Assembly (NCBI RefSeq): GCF_964204865.1
Contig: NC_135259.1
Span: forward strand, 9,486,001 to 9,550,000
Direction of reading: 5' to 3'
Source: Styela clava
Taxonomy: Eukaryota
Length of the DNA stretch: 64,000 nucleotides
Below the pieces are notes generated by a model, which was given only the letters and a program-made list of their open reading frames with translations, had not been told where the DNA came from and ran no database searches. The first letter of the stretch is position 1; the number at the start of each line of letters is the position of its first letter. The position numbers and the translations under genes are program-made. Positions 50,304-62,395 of this stretch are shown in pieces.

Positions 50304-53300
50304 TTAATCTTCACGAATCAGAGATAGCAACATACGTCTGTAGTCTCCTTTGCATTCTTGAGAAATATCTGCCCACAAACCGTTGTCGAATTTTTCTCTG
50401 TAGGCATCTTTGACGTTTCCAAGATCGAACTGAGGCAAAAACAAATTATAGATATGCTGTACAGATAAAACATATCTAAAAACCATACTTAAGCAGTACT
50501 TTTTATTCAGAATACAAAACACCTCTGATACGAAAATTGTATCCTGAAAGAACGGTTAAAATGCATTATTTGGAAAGAGTGTTTCATTTACAATACAATT
50601 TTTAGGTGTTCAGTATATTTTATGTTGAAAATATGTTTGGTATTGCAATAATTGTTTGGCAATATAAATTGTAGGCATATCAGAATATGATGAACATTGG
50701 GCAGTGCACCTACGATTTTTCATTGCTCTGGGGAATACATGGATTTTACTGATTTATCATACTTTAGTTGGAGATGATTGTAATTTTCATTGCTCTGGGG
50801 AATATATGGATTTTACTGATTTATCATACTTTAGTTGGAGATGATTGTAATTATGTTGTCGTGATATGTTTGGGTGATGAACGATTAGCACTTAATATCA
50901 TAGTTGACGCTATTTCAAAATTGAAACTTTCTTCAGAAAACAAATGCTTCTTATCATTTCTGCGGCTGAATTACGATAACGTGTCGCGTCAATAATAGGG
51001 TGTGTCTGAGGAGAGTAAAGATATTACAAAATCGTACTCATTTGATCCAGAAATTAATGATTGATCTGAACTGTGGTGTAACGAAAATCAGACCACTTGG
51101 CGGTCACGAGAAAACCGTGTGATAGACGAACTGAAAGGGCTAGAGACCAACCGTTACAGGATATTTCGAGTCGGCAAGAATGACGTTTGATACCGGGCAA
51201 CGTAATATTTGCTTTTATTGTTGATTACACGTACAACGCCCTACCAGGTATGTTAAAGATAAAGTAGTAGGCTATTTTTAATTAATACACGTTCCTTCTT
51301 TGTTAATTTTTAACCAAAAATTTTATCGTCATAAAATCACACGTTTATCAAACGTTTGAAAATTTACCAATCCTCTATGATAAAGTATCGAAACCGGATA
51401 GAATGAGCTATATTTTTATTTACGGTTGGCTTCTGAACATATATTAAATACTGTCTGTTGTCTGTTTTCAGTTACGACTGTTATATACGTAGACATTGAA
51501 ATTTGCAATCTCATGAGTCAACCATGCAAATTTTTCGTTATGCAAAGTCTCATGATAATGAATACTTCTAGGCGTTGAGTTTGCTATGACTTATAATACT
51601 TCAATCACGCTTTAGCTTGCTATTTTGTTAAAAAATTTTGATTTAAGAAATATGCCACAATTTATATTGATAAAATATATTTTAAAAATAAAAGATGCGT
51701 AAGCTAACCTCAGATCTGACAACAATGAATCGAATCAGGGCATCGTCATCAGTTCCAACTCCACGCATGGCATCATGTAACTTCTGTGCGTAGTAACCAT
51801 GCACATCTTTGGTGATTGAGCAGATGGCAAGATATGCTTTTTGGAGGTTTCCTGAAGTTTCAGACTCAATTGCTTCTTCGATTGTATTTCCAGCAATCTG
51901 TATGTAAGGGTGCAAGAAATGTTTTTAATTTCTTGCTGGCAACGGCGATGCAAATTGTTATCTTTTGATGTAAATAATGCTACCTCTATAAATATATGTA
52001 TTGCGTGTGCAATATGTGTTGTTGCAATAACTGATTTGTAACAAAACATTAAACGAGTTGGCATTTGTATTGACCAAAAACAAGTCATGATAAAATAATA
52101 CAGATAAAATATTACTATCACAAGATTACCCGTGCAAAATTTATCATGGGAAACACCTCTTTTTTCATTCATGTTACAATTATGGAAACGGAATATTTAA
52201 TAGTTACAAACAAGAATTGTGACATCATAGAAAAATACTTACTACAGCATATTTGAGGAATACCAGTCTCAGTTGAAGATAATTTCTAAAAGCTAAGACT
52301 TTTGTGAATTCGTTTTCATCTGTACCGAACCACCTTCCTTCTCCAGCCTGAAATTAGATACCGTAAACATCAATACCCCATTGAAAAAGTTAAATATGCA
52401 TTTTCTTCTGAAAGTCACAACATATTTGTACTAACATCATAAATTGCCTGAGCATCGGCTTCGGCAGCGTCTTCGTCAATCTCCCAAGATTCGTCTCTCT
52501 CTGCAAGCAACATCATTGAAAGAAGAGTCTTGAAATCACCCGATGTTTCGTCTCTCACATCTTCCATCAAGCTTCTTTCGAATACAATAGCGTATGCTGC
52601 CTGTTCAACAGTATTGTGAGTACATTACAAAAGTGTTGCTACTGTCAGTCACAGGGATACGAGTGTACAGAAGACCTTACAACTGGTGTCATTATGAAAA
52701 AACTAGGAGGCATTTTATAGCACGCAAAATACAATACAAAAATAGACAGAAGAATGTCTATACTCGAAAGTAATACCCACGCAGATCACGCACGGATGTG
52801 TCCACCAACCGATACGCAAGAGATATCTCAGTTGTCTTATTTAGAAATAATAACATATAAAACGTTCCATGATGGGATGACAAAAATAAAAGCATGCTTC
52901 AAACGTCGAATAAAGAAAGTAGTACCTTGATTGCTTCAATTCTTTCATTGCTTTTTGTGCAAATAATTTCAATCAAGATTTCATCATCAGTTCCTGGCCC
53001 AACCATGGCTTTTCTTAATTGTCTAGCTTCGTAGACTGCAGGTGGCTGTTGAATAATAAACAAAACTATCACATTTCAGCAAAATTAAGAGATATATAAA
53101 GCAATTGTTCAGATTGCTACCAATATAATACCAGGGTTATTTAACCCGGCAGTCGATAGGTTTATATGTACATATTTTCGAGGACATGAATTGTGTTTTA
53201 GGCCACGACGATTCGAAAAAGCTTAACAGTCGTATTTACCACTAATTTTTTATCAGTCTGTTTGCTTTTCATCTTAAGTAAACTACCGTTAATAACAATA

Positions 53301-54288
53301 GCGGCAAAATATTACTCAATCAAACGACTCACGTCCATGACAGCCATGATACAATCCTCAAGGTCACCACGAAGTTCCCTCTTGAGATCTCGTAATAATT
53401 CGTCGCCGTATTCACCCTCATATTTTTCTTTCAGTATTTGCCGCTGAAGGGTGGACCTGCATCATAAGAGATTAAATATATATTCGTTGCATAATCTCTA
53501 TTTTTAAGGTGAAGTTTGAGTCTTATATTTTTTTAGGTTATACTGTTGACGACACAGAATTAGAAAACTGGAATAAAAACCAATTCTCTTCTAACCTATT
53601 TGCAAGAATTGCCATGATTTCATCTTCATCGGTTCCTCGTCCTGACATTGCATCTCTCAATGTTTCGCAATCTGCCTCTGGGCTAAAATCATCAACCGGA
53701 GTCACGGTGGGCTATAAAACAGATTCAAATGATGACAATATGTATTGTTCTTTTCTACATTCACTCGAGTCACAAAAACGTTTCGCCATACTTCGAAGTC
53801 TCATACACCTTTTTTATTACGCTCAGAAAATCAGTCTTCCGACTAGACAACATGATATATATTTAATTAGGAATCGGTGTACATTTGGCAAAAATCACTG
53901 AATTTTCTCGTGATTGTCATGAAATTTATAATATGAAATCGTCAAATAAAACCGGATAAACAATTCTTCTAATGAGCCAAATGTATAATCATTATTTCTG
54001 TATTTTTTTTTTTAAATATAAAGCAGTGTCAGATGGACAAATGCATAAATACATCAGGTATGGTTAGTACTTAACAGAAAATGAAACACTGAAAATACAA
54101 GAATGGAGTTCTTCATTTTATTTATTTTTCGACACCACTCAAAAAGTTTCCGTCTACTTCCCAATACTCGTACATATTAGAAGCAATTGCCCAATCATTT
54201 TTTTGGAATGTATGGTCAGGAAGTTAAGAAACAATAAAAGTAGAATAATTAATAATTCAAAGCTTACGCGCATTTCCATATTTCCCAT
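50304..54288 (-). CDS. Annexin (four annexin repeats), about 321 aa, MGN start as in annexin A13
   Basis: Exons 54288-54268 (MGNMEMR), 53711-53596, 53456-53333, 53045-52926, 52600-52436, 52347-52243, 51897-51709, 50429-50304; 966 nt. Ca2+-loop motifs MSGRGTDE..ELRGD, MVGPGTDD..ETSGD, GEGRWFGTDE..ETSGN, MRGVGTDD..LIRFIVVRSE..ECKGDYRRMLLSL. Confidence 0.95.
50716..50852. repeat. Tandem duplication, two near-identical copies of a ~67-bp unit, in the last annexin intron
   Basis: TTTCATTGCTCTGGGGAATAYATGGATTTTACTGATTTATCATACTTTAGTTGGAGATGATTGTAAT occurs twice head-to-tail. Confidence 0.9.
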
Positions 54289-55517
54289 CTTGATGTGTAG
54301 ATTCTTTTCTGCTTGATATTCGGATAAAAACTTGATGCACGAAGGTTGCTTCCTCTCCCGACGAATTTTCAGAGTAGTTTGCCAAATGGGACGAGCTAAT
54401 CAGCGTTGGTGATTTGTTCTTCAATTCACGATCGCTATACAAACAACATTTAGTTAATGATTTCCTCGGATGTCGAAAATCATCAATTTTGCGTGTATAA
54501 CGAATTCACACTCTCAAAAGAAAGCAGGTATTCAACTTGCTTTGTCCCATTTAAAACTGCCTTCCTGGTATTATGAATAGTCATAAGCACTGGATATAAT
54601 TCTGACAGAAACATACCTATGCATTTAATACATGTCTCAAACAAAAACTCACATCTACTTCATGAAAGATGCTTGCTTGTACAGTATATGAGATTGAATA
54701 TAGAATGTAGAGAATGGCAAGTTTAACCCACTCACATGGTGGCCTTTTATTGGAATGTTACCTAAATAATTTTTTTTCATCCAAACCCTTAATGAAAAAG
54801 TTGTTTATCTGCTATGTCAAATTAACCGGTATTCATAAGTGAACAGCACATAATATCTAAATAATATGTTGTTTTATATTGGAGTTTATATTTTAGAATT
54901 TTTGTATCTAACTAAATTAGTTAAATTAGTCAACTCTTATAGGAATTCGATACGAATCAGATAGCAGAAGCAATTTTTGTTTCAGTTGCATTGGAGGTGA
55001 GTCTAACTTTTGATTAGTTTATTTTTCAATAATCATTTCTTTAAAACACCTGAGGGTACATATATCCGTAATAATACAGCAGAACTGACATTAGCAATTG
55101 GTTTCACTGGCACTAACCTTCGTCTTACAATCCTGAAACCCAAGTGATTATCTAAATAAACAAAATACTCAAGTAAGTGCGCTCACTGAAGTAAAAACTG
55201 TTAGAATACTTTTAATAAGCATGTTTTGTTCTCAAGGTTGAGGGATTAGGGTTTTCGAATTGAATAGTACAAAATAGAGGCACTTAAGGCTTCAGCCCCT
55301 AAGTTTCAGTCTACCTTGCCTAATTACAAATTGGACCCTGTTCCTGCATATAGTGTTCTCGCCCTAACTGCACATCTACAACTAAAATTAGATCATGAAG
55401 CTTTCGTGCAACAAATGCGAAAAGAGTTGTGTAACATCCATATGATTTTATAACAGTTTTACTTTATAACTGAGGCACTATTATTTTTTTAGATTCTTTT
55501 ATATATACAGTTGCACC

Positions 55518-56584
55518 ATGGCGTTTAAGATTTGGATTCAATTGATATTTATTGCTTTTATCAATATGCACTGCAAAGCAGCATCATTGAAAATTAAGGT
55601 GAGATATTTTATATATTTAACCACTAAATACTGTCCGAACAACAAAGCAAAAAAAAAATACTGCAGATTCTATTATAAGCGCGGGAATAACTTTGTTACA
55701 CGAAAAGGTGGAAAAGGTGAAAGTATATATCAATCGGTTTTCAAACTTGCTTTTCTCAAACTTCATACGAAAACACCGCGAGTTTTCGAACTTAAGCAAC
55801 CAGTGACATAAAGCAATTAAAGGCTAACCCACGATAACGTATTCCATTGTAGATTGGTGATCCTTGTGGAAATCCGTATGGTTCTAGGAGATGGATCTAC
55901 AAAGATAACATATTTGGGTGTTATCAGTGTGATGCTAGATATTACTGGGATTCGTATAACAATAAATGTTCTGCTTGCACTGGTTCACTGACCAGTTGCC
56001 AGCAAAATGTGATGACAAATGCATGCAATCAACATGAAAGGTTCGTCTAATTTTTTTATTTAGCTTACATTCCGATAATCACTGATTTCCTACAAGCCTG
56101 AATCTCAAGTATTTATCTGAATAAACGAAGTAATCAATTACCTACCATATCATACATAAACCTTAAAGTTTGATGTAATGTCAACTAGAGCAGTATATAG
56201 AGATTCAATTATCTGATTCATCATTTGAGAAGTAAGAAATTTCTGAAACCATGAAAATTTTAGTTGTATTACCTTTATAGACTTTGTGAAAGCATGCCAC
56301 CCAGCGCAACGACGAGAAATGATTTAACGGATCAAGCAACGACCAATACTCCGTCGTTTTTTACCCTAATCAACACTGTAAAAACCAGTGTTAAACACAT
56401 CGAAAATACACATCAAAAAACTGGGATTTACATTATTATAGCAGTTCTAGCGTTACTTCTTCTTGTTATTATTGCTACTTTCATCAAAGTATACAAACAT
56501 CGCATATCACAACAAAGTAAAAATAATGGATCAGACAACGTGACTGATTCTGACGAGAGTTTGCTCGAAAACAGCCAAGTTTGA
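55518..56584 (+). CDS. Small type I membrane protein with Cys-rich ectodomain resembling a BCMA/TACI-type TNF-receptor CRD (190 aa)
   Basis: Exons 55518-55598 (signal peptide MAFKIWIQLIFIAFINMHCKA), 55853-56040, 56281-56584; 573 nt, GT-AG, in phase. Ectodomain GDPCGNPYGSRRWIYKDNIFGCYQCDARYYWDSYNNKCSACTGSLTSCQQNVMTNACNQHERLC, Thr-rich stalk, TM IYIIIAVLALLLLVIIATFI, basic stop-transfer KVYKHR, short tail ending SQV. The gene model is solid; the family assignment is inference. Confidence 0.8.
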
Positions 56585-56768
56585 AGGCATGATACCTGAT
56601 TTCAAATGATGTTTTTCTCTTAATGTTGTCTTATTATTAGCATTATTACCTGCCTATTTGTTAGTATGTCGGATATTTTTAAGTTTATATTTTAGGAATC
56701 AAAAAAGCGTAATTGTATTGATATTATGTATATATATTATGTTTTATCTCAATTATGAAATACTTGTT

Positions 56769-56774
56769 AATAAA
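56769..56774 (+). promoter_or_regulatory. Candidate polyadenylation signal of the TNFR-like gene
   Basis: AATAAA about 185 nt after the stop codon. The motif is common in AT-rich DNA. Confidence 0.4.
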
Positions 56775-58581
56775 TAAATGAGTGGTATTATTACTATTAT
56801 AAGCCATATATGCATCAATTGAACAATATATATATATACCATTACACCTCTCACATATATTTACGTGAAGTGGCACCATACTTACTGTATTTTTTGTTGA
56901 GTTTTATATGTTGCTTTTTTGTGAATTACGTAAAATATAAAAGAAAGAAGAGTAATATCACGTATAAACCCTGTAAGATTTTATTTTACCTCATTTTGGC
57001 CTCTGTGTCCATGTTGAGCATTGCTCTATTGTTTATATTCAACAATGTAGACTGTCAGAAAATTCGGCCCCACGGAGTTGTAAAAGATGATCCATGATAA
57101 TACGGTAATTGAACGAATTAAAAATTATTGGACGTGGCTAATGTGTAAATGAATATGAGTAATATCAGAATTCTACAATTTTTGCACGTAGAGGCAACGC
57201 CCATTTGAAGATTTCGAAACACAATTTTGAGATTCTCCTGCAATGTATTACAAACTCTATACTTTATGTATAATCAAGTGCGAGCCATTTACGATTTTGA
57301 CAAGGTCCATTTATAATTCCTACACGACAAAAAAATGATCTAACAGATTAATCAGTTACTATTTGCCAGCCCACACAATATTTACTAATACATTAGACGT
57401 TATGTTCGTTCGTGGAGTGGGTCGTTGAGATACAGACGCACTCTTGTTTACACGGGTGTTTGCGTGATTACATTGATAGGTAACTGAACTCTGCGGCAGT
57501 CAGTTATCAATGTAACGGCTATATCAGTGACGTATAGCAGGTGGCGTCTGGGTCCTGTTTTCTTATTCGATTCCTCGAATTCTTACCACAATTACACTAC
57601 ATGATATATGATCATAAAAATAATACTTGTATTGTAGAAGGATTCCGAGTTTCTTTGCGAAATACAATATATTTCATCATATTTTTGCATCCAGGAAAAC
57701 TTGAGATGACCATGACTTTTGGTATACAGTTGTTGCGATGGTGCAACAAAGAAGACCGCTGGCGAGCTTGATGCCCAACAAGTGCGCTGGACGACGAAGG
57801 AAAAGGCTAGTTTGAGCGCCAGTCATTTTCAATATCGTCACATCTGATACTCGAATGCCTCAAATTTTAGGTAGGGTGTGGAAACACATTCGAATCAGTG
57901 CTTATGGACTATATAACCATCCTCATATCGGATGCGACATGTTCGAAATATATGAAGTTATGGAGTTCTTATCTGTTCAATACACTCTCTTGAAATTGTC
58001 ATCACTTTACCAAATACATTGTGATTTATCTAGAAACCTCATTTTCCTCATTACAGATCCTTATAAGAACGATGAAAAACTTCATTATCAATTTTCTTTA
58101 TTATTGACATATAAGGCACTGTATTTTCTAATCAATATGTCTTTCACCAATAGTGATGATGCGTCACAAAATAAATAAGCACTCAAAAAATATTCCATCA
58201 AAAGATTAAACCCGAATCAGGTGAGATAAAGGATATATTCAAATTCAAATCAACATTAAGACATCATCCTATAACTAACGATTTTTTTATTTTTGCTGCT
58301 AATTAGTAGCATATCCAAATAAGTAAATGAACAATATTGTGTAACTAATCAGAATATCGACCCAGGATTTATATTATTAATTTAGGTATAAGAAAAAATG
58401 AATGATACTCAATATGTTTGAATATAACAAATTCGGGTATCGGATTTATGCTTTTGTAGAAATTATTGCAAATTTCAAAGTATTTTATAAAAGTTCCACG
58501 ATCAATAAATCGTGAATGTAATTTTTGGACGTCACAATTCTGGTTTAATAATGATGAATGTTCTTTCCGGCCAAATCATAT

Positions 58582-61500
58582 TTATGAAATCAGCTCTAGA
58601 AGCATTGCTCTGAAATCACCGCTTGTTTCTTTGGTAATTGCTTGCTCCAATGTTTTGTTGAATTTTTGATGATATTTCTCTTTGATGTTAACCATGTCAA
58701 CCTAAATAAATACGTTGGCAATGAGTATAATTGTGAAACAAATGAGTATTCAACTGAATCAGGAATCGGCTTGAATCCAAACTCATGTGCGCTGTATTTT
58801 TGTCGCACACCCGTTTCAATGTATAACAATGTATGGCTTCAAGTGATGTCAAATGGACATTCAAACCTTAAACAATTATGTCCGCTTTGGGCAACAAAAT
58901 AAATACAACAATCTAAATATTAAAGGGATAAGAAGCAATACTTCTAAATTGCAGAAAATATGAGTAAAATAAAATACCTGTCTCTGTATATAAATTTGAA
59001 TGTCTGGATAGGAAATCTTATTTAATCACTATTTTTTAAAGCAGACTCAAAGTTCCTATACTAAATTGATGTGAAATCAGATGAAAAATCAATGTTATAG
59101 GTCCTCTTGACTTAGTTGACTTGCACACGACATACCAATTTTGTATGGTTTACTAAATATAACCACACTAATAATTTACAAAACAAATTAATGTCTAACA
59201 CAACTGCTGGAGATCATCCAGTCCCATGAAGCATAATGTAAGTTACCACTTTGATCTGGACTCTAGAGAGAGACTTGATCTAAATATAATTTAGGCATGG
59301 CCATATAAAATGAAGTAATTGCAATAGTGTATCGATACGATCGGGGTCGACATAACAGTATTCAAGATAGATTTCTACCTACTGTGGTATGACACATACC
59401 TCAAGCCTAAGCACAATGTAACGTATCAAAGCATCTTCTTTTGTACCCATTCCCTTCATAGAAGCTTCCATTTTGTCAGCATAATATTCATGCACGCCTT
59501 TAGCAACAGATACAATTGTGGAATAAGCTTTCTGTAAGTCTCCTGAGGTTTCTGATTTGACAGCTTTTTCAAAGTCGTGCCCAGCAACCTATTGGTAAAT
59601 TAAACATGTTTTAGAAACATTTTTTGGCATATTTGGGAAAGCACCAGAACCACAGAGTTGTGATGGTCTGCATGAGAGACTCGGAATATTAATTTATTCT
59701 TATTTATAAATATGGTATTTTATATCTACAAATTGGCCTATTTGAAAACCATTTCAAAGGATCTCTTCTTACGTTTTTCTCCAGCTCATAGATGAGCACT
59801 GATTGATGTGACATAGTGTGATAATGTTTGTTACATTCAAAATATTTTTGTCGTTATAAACAGTCAAAACTATTAATGTTATTAATAACCTTTTCGTATT
59901 GTTTGAAAATTTCTCTCAACTGACAAAAGTTACGTTTGCACAAAATTTCAGTGAAAACATTTTCGTCCGTTCCACGTTTGCCCTCTCCAGCCTGAAAGAG
60001 AAAATGAAACGTCGTGTTAGGTATTACTTAGTGTTGAATTTTATGCGTTTTATTGGATTTTCTTTATTAAAAATCGATCTCATTTTATTGCGAGTTTCAT
60101 CTAGATGGAGGGCAACCTAGCTGAAGAAGCGGAGAATTCATGTCGAAAATGGAAAGGTAAAGACACGATTGCATGGTATTATTTAACCTTGCAGTGGCAG
60201 CGGAAGAACGAATTCGCAGTCTGAGTGAATTTACAAATAGTATCATTTTTTATATCTTACTTGAACATGTGACTGAATATTTTGCATACAAATTACATTC
60301 ATTTACTTATTTGTGTGCTTTCTTGAACAAATTTCTTCTTGATTAATCGTATCACAAGTAATTTGTACCTTGAATAAAGCTTTAGCTTCAACTTCTGCTT
60401 CTTCTTCGTCGACTTTATCAGAATCCGATCGTTCACATCGAAGAATCGTTAGAAGAACTTTCTGGAAATCTCCCGAAGTATCCCTGCGAACATCTTCGAT
60501 CAAGCTACGCTCAAATACGAGTTGATAGGCAGCCTGCCAGGAAACAAAATAATAGATCAAAGTTAGAGATCGTAGAACAGTAAATTTACACGCGATTGTC
60601 AGTGTCTGTGCATCGTTTTCCAACATTGTTGTTATTACATTCGTTGCCGTTATCTCGTTTAAATATACGGGACCCAATATTTTACCCCTAATTTTGCTGT
60701 TGTTTTTTATTTAACGGAATAACATTCGTTGCAATGATTAACGGAAATTATATTATCACTTGGCATTCGTGTCTATATATTCCAACCTCGCTCTCTTGTT
60801 TGTTTAACAAATTTTATATCACCAAGATTTGTGTGCGAAATTAAATTCCAGAATTACATTTTCACCTTCAATTTTTCAATTTCAGTATTATTCTTGGTGC
60901 AGACGACATCTACCAGTGCTGCTTCGTTTGTTCCCATCCCTTTTGTAGCTTTCTGTGCTTTTTTTGCCTCCATTACAGCAGGAAGCTGTTAAAACAATCA
61001 TTTTTAAATAATCATATTTAACTTCAACAGAATGAAAAAAAATATTACAGATGCATTGACTTCAGTATATTAGAACTATTTTTTTATGGTGTTCCACAAT
61101 TCTAAATGATGTTTCCTATTTTGTGGCCACAAAATACCAATTTGATCGAAGAAAGATGAGATAATGGCGAATCTAAGTTTTTGTAATTTTGTCTATGTAA
61201 ACGTGGGTTATGTGATATTGAATGTGAAAGAAAGTATGTTCAGAATAAACAGAAGTTGTTGAAAATATTGAAAGTATAAGTAATTGGAAATGGAAAAGAT
61301 GACCTTAAAGGGAATAAGATATTTGAATGAGAATAACACTTATTTATGGTCTTATACAAATAATTCGGCAGAAAAATATGAACCTGACTAAAATTTACAA
61401 GGGCTAGGGCCCAGTTCGTCCCCGACTCCCCAAATGGTGAAGAACCTGTATTGACAAATTCAGTAACAACAAATGTTTGTAACGGAGTATATTTTTGGGT

Positions 61501-62395
61501 CGTTTTTTGTTTTGTTATTATGTTAAAATACTGGGTCAATTATTTTAAATTTTCTTCAGTTGAGGTGGAAGTGTCTATTCTATTCAAATACATTTTTACC
61601 CCACAACTCTTGTATTTTTTAAACAATGAGCCACTATGTTGGCTTTCTGTCTCAAAGTGTTTAATTAATATCACTTGCGTTGAGGAAGCAATACAATGAC
61701 TTTTGTAATCAAACACAAAATAATGACTTACATCCATGCAAGCAAGAACTAGCTTCTCAAAATCTCCTCTTAATTCCTTCTGTAAAGTTTTGATTAATGG
61801 TTTTTTGTATTCTTCTTCGTATTTCTTTATGAGAATCTGTCGTTGAGCGGCAGATCTGCATAAATAAGCATTTTAATACTCTGTGAGTTAAAGCATCTTG
61901 ACAAGACAATGCTACCAGTAATTTCTGTGTCGACCACTTTTATGGTCGTCTATAGTCGGGTTTGCTTAAAATTAGTGATCGGTGACCTTAATATGTCACA
62001 TTTGCAACTAAATACCTTACCTCTTTGCTAAAACTTCTATCAAAGCCTTTTCGTTCGTACCCATACCCGCCATGGCCTTGTGAAGACGTCGGCAATCTTC
62101 GGCAGGATCGAAGTGATCCACAGGAACAACAGTTGGCTGGAAAATGTAACATATATATATATGCAGATTAAGGTTGTGTATAGATAGACTATTTATATAA
62201 TATGGGCATCGTACATAAAAATTATCGGAATGGAATCAATGAATGGGCTAAATTATGGGTATTTCATGCAGTTAGATCAAATTTCAAACTATAATTGAGT
62301 TTACTGCTATGGTATTGTACGAATTTGCGTGAGATAAAGGTAATAAGGTTGATTACGAGAGCATTTACCCTCACATGCCACACTTTGTTTACCAT
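58582..62395 (-). CDS. Annexin, tandem paralogue, about 318 aa
   Basis: Exons 62395-62375 (MVNKVWH), 62136-62021, 61855-61732, 60985-60866, 60533-60369, 59991-59890, 59588-59400, 58701-58582; 957 nt, same intron positions as the neighbouring annexin. Motifs MAGMGTNE..ELRGD, KGMGTNE..DTSGD, GEGKRGTDE..ETSGD, MKGMGTKE..ETSGDFRAMLLELIS*. The first exon is the least certain. Confidence 0.93.

Noticed and set aside
57690-57815. GC-richer stretch resembling a LINE 3' end (..KEDRWRA)
   Set aside because: Too short and interrupted to classify.
59214-59279. Nearby acceptor as last exon of the second annexin
   Set aside because: Gives a non-annexin C-terminus. The exon at 58701-58582 supplies the canonical end of repeat 4.
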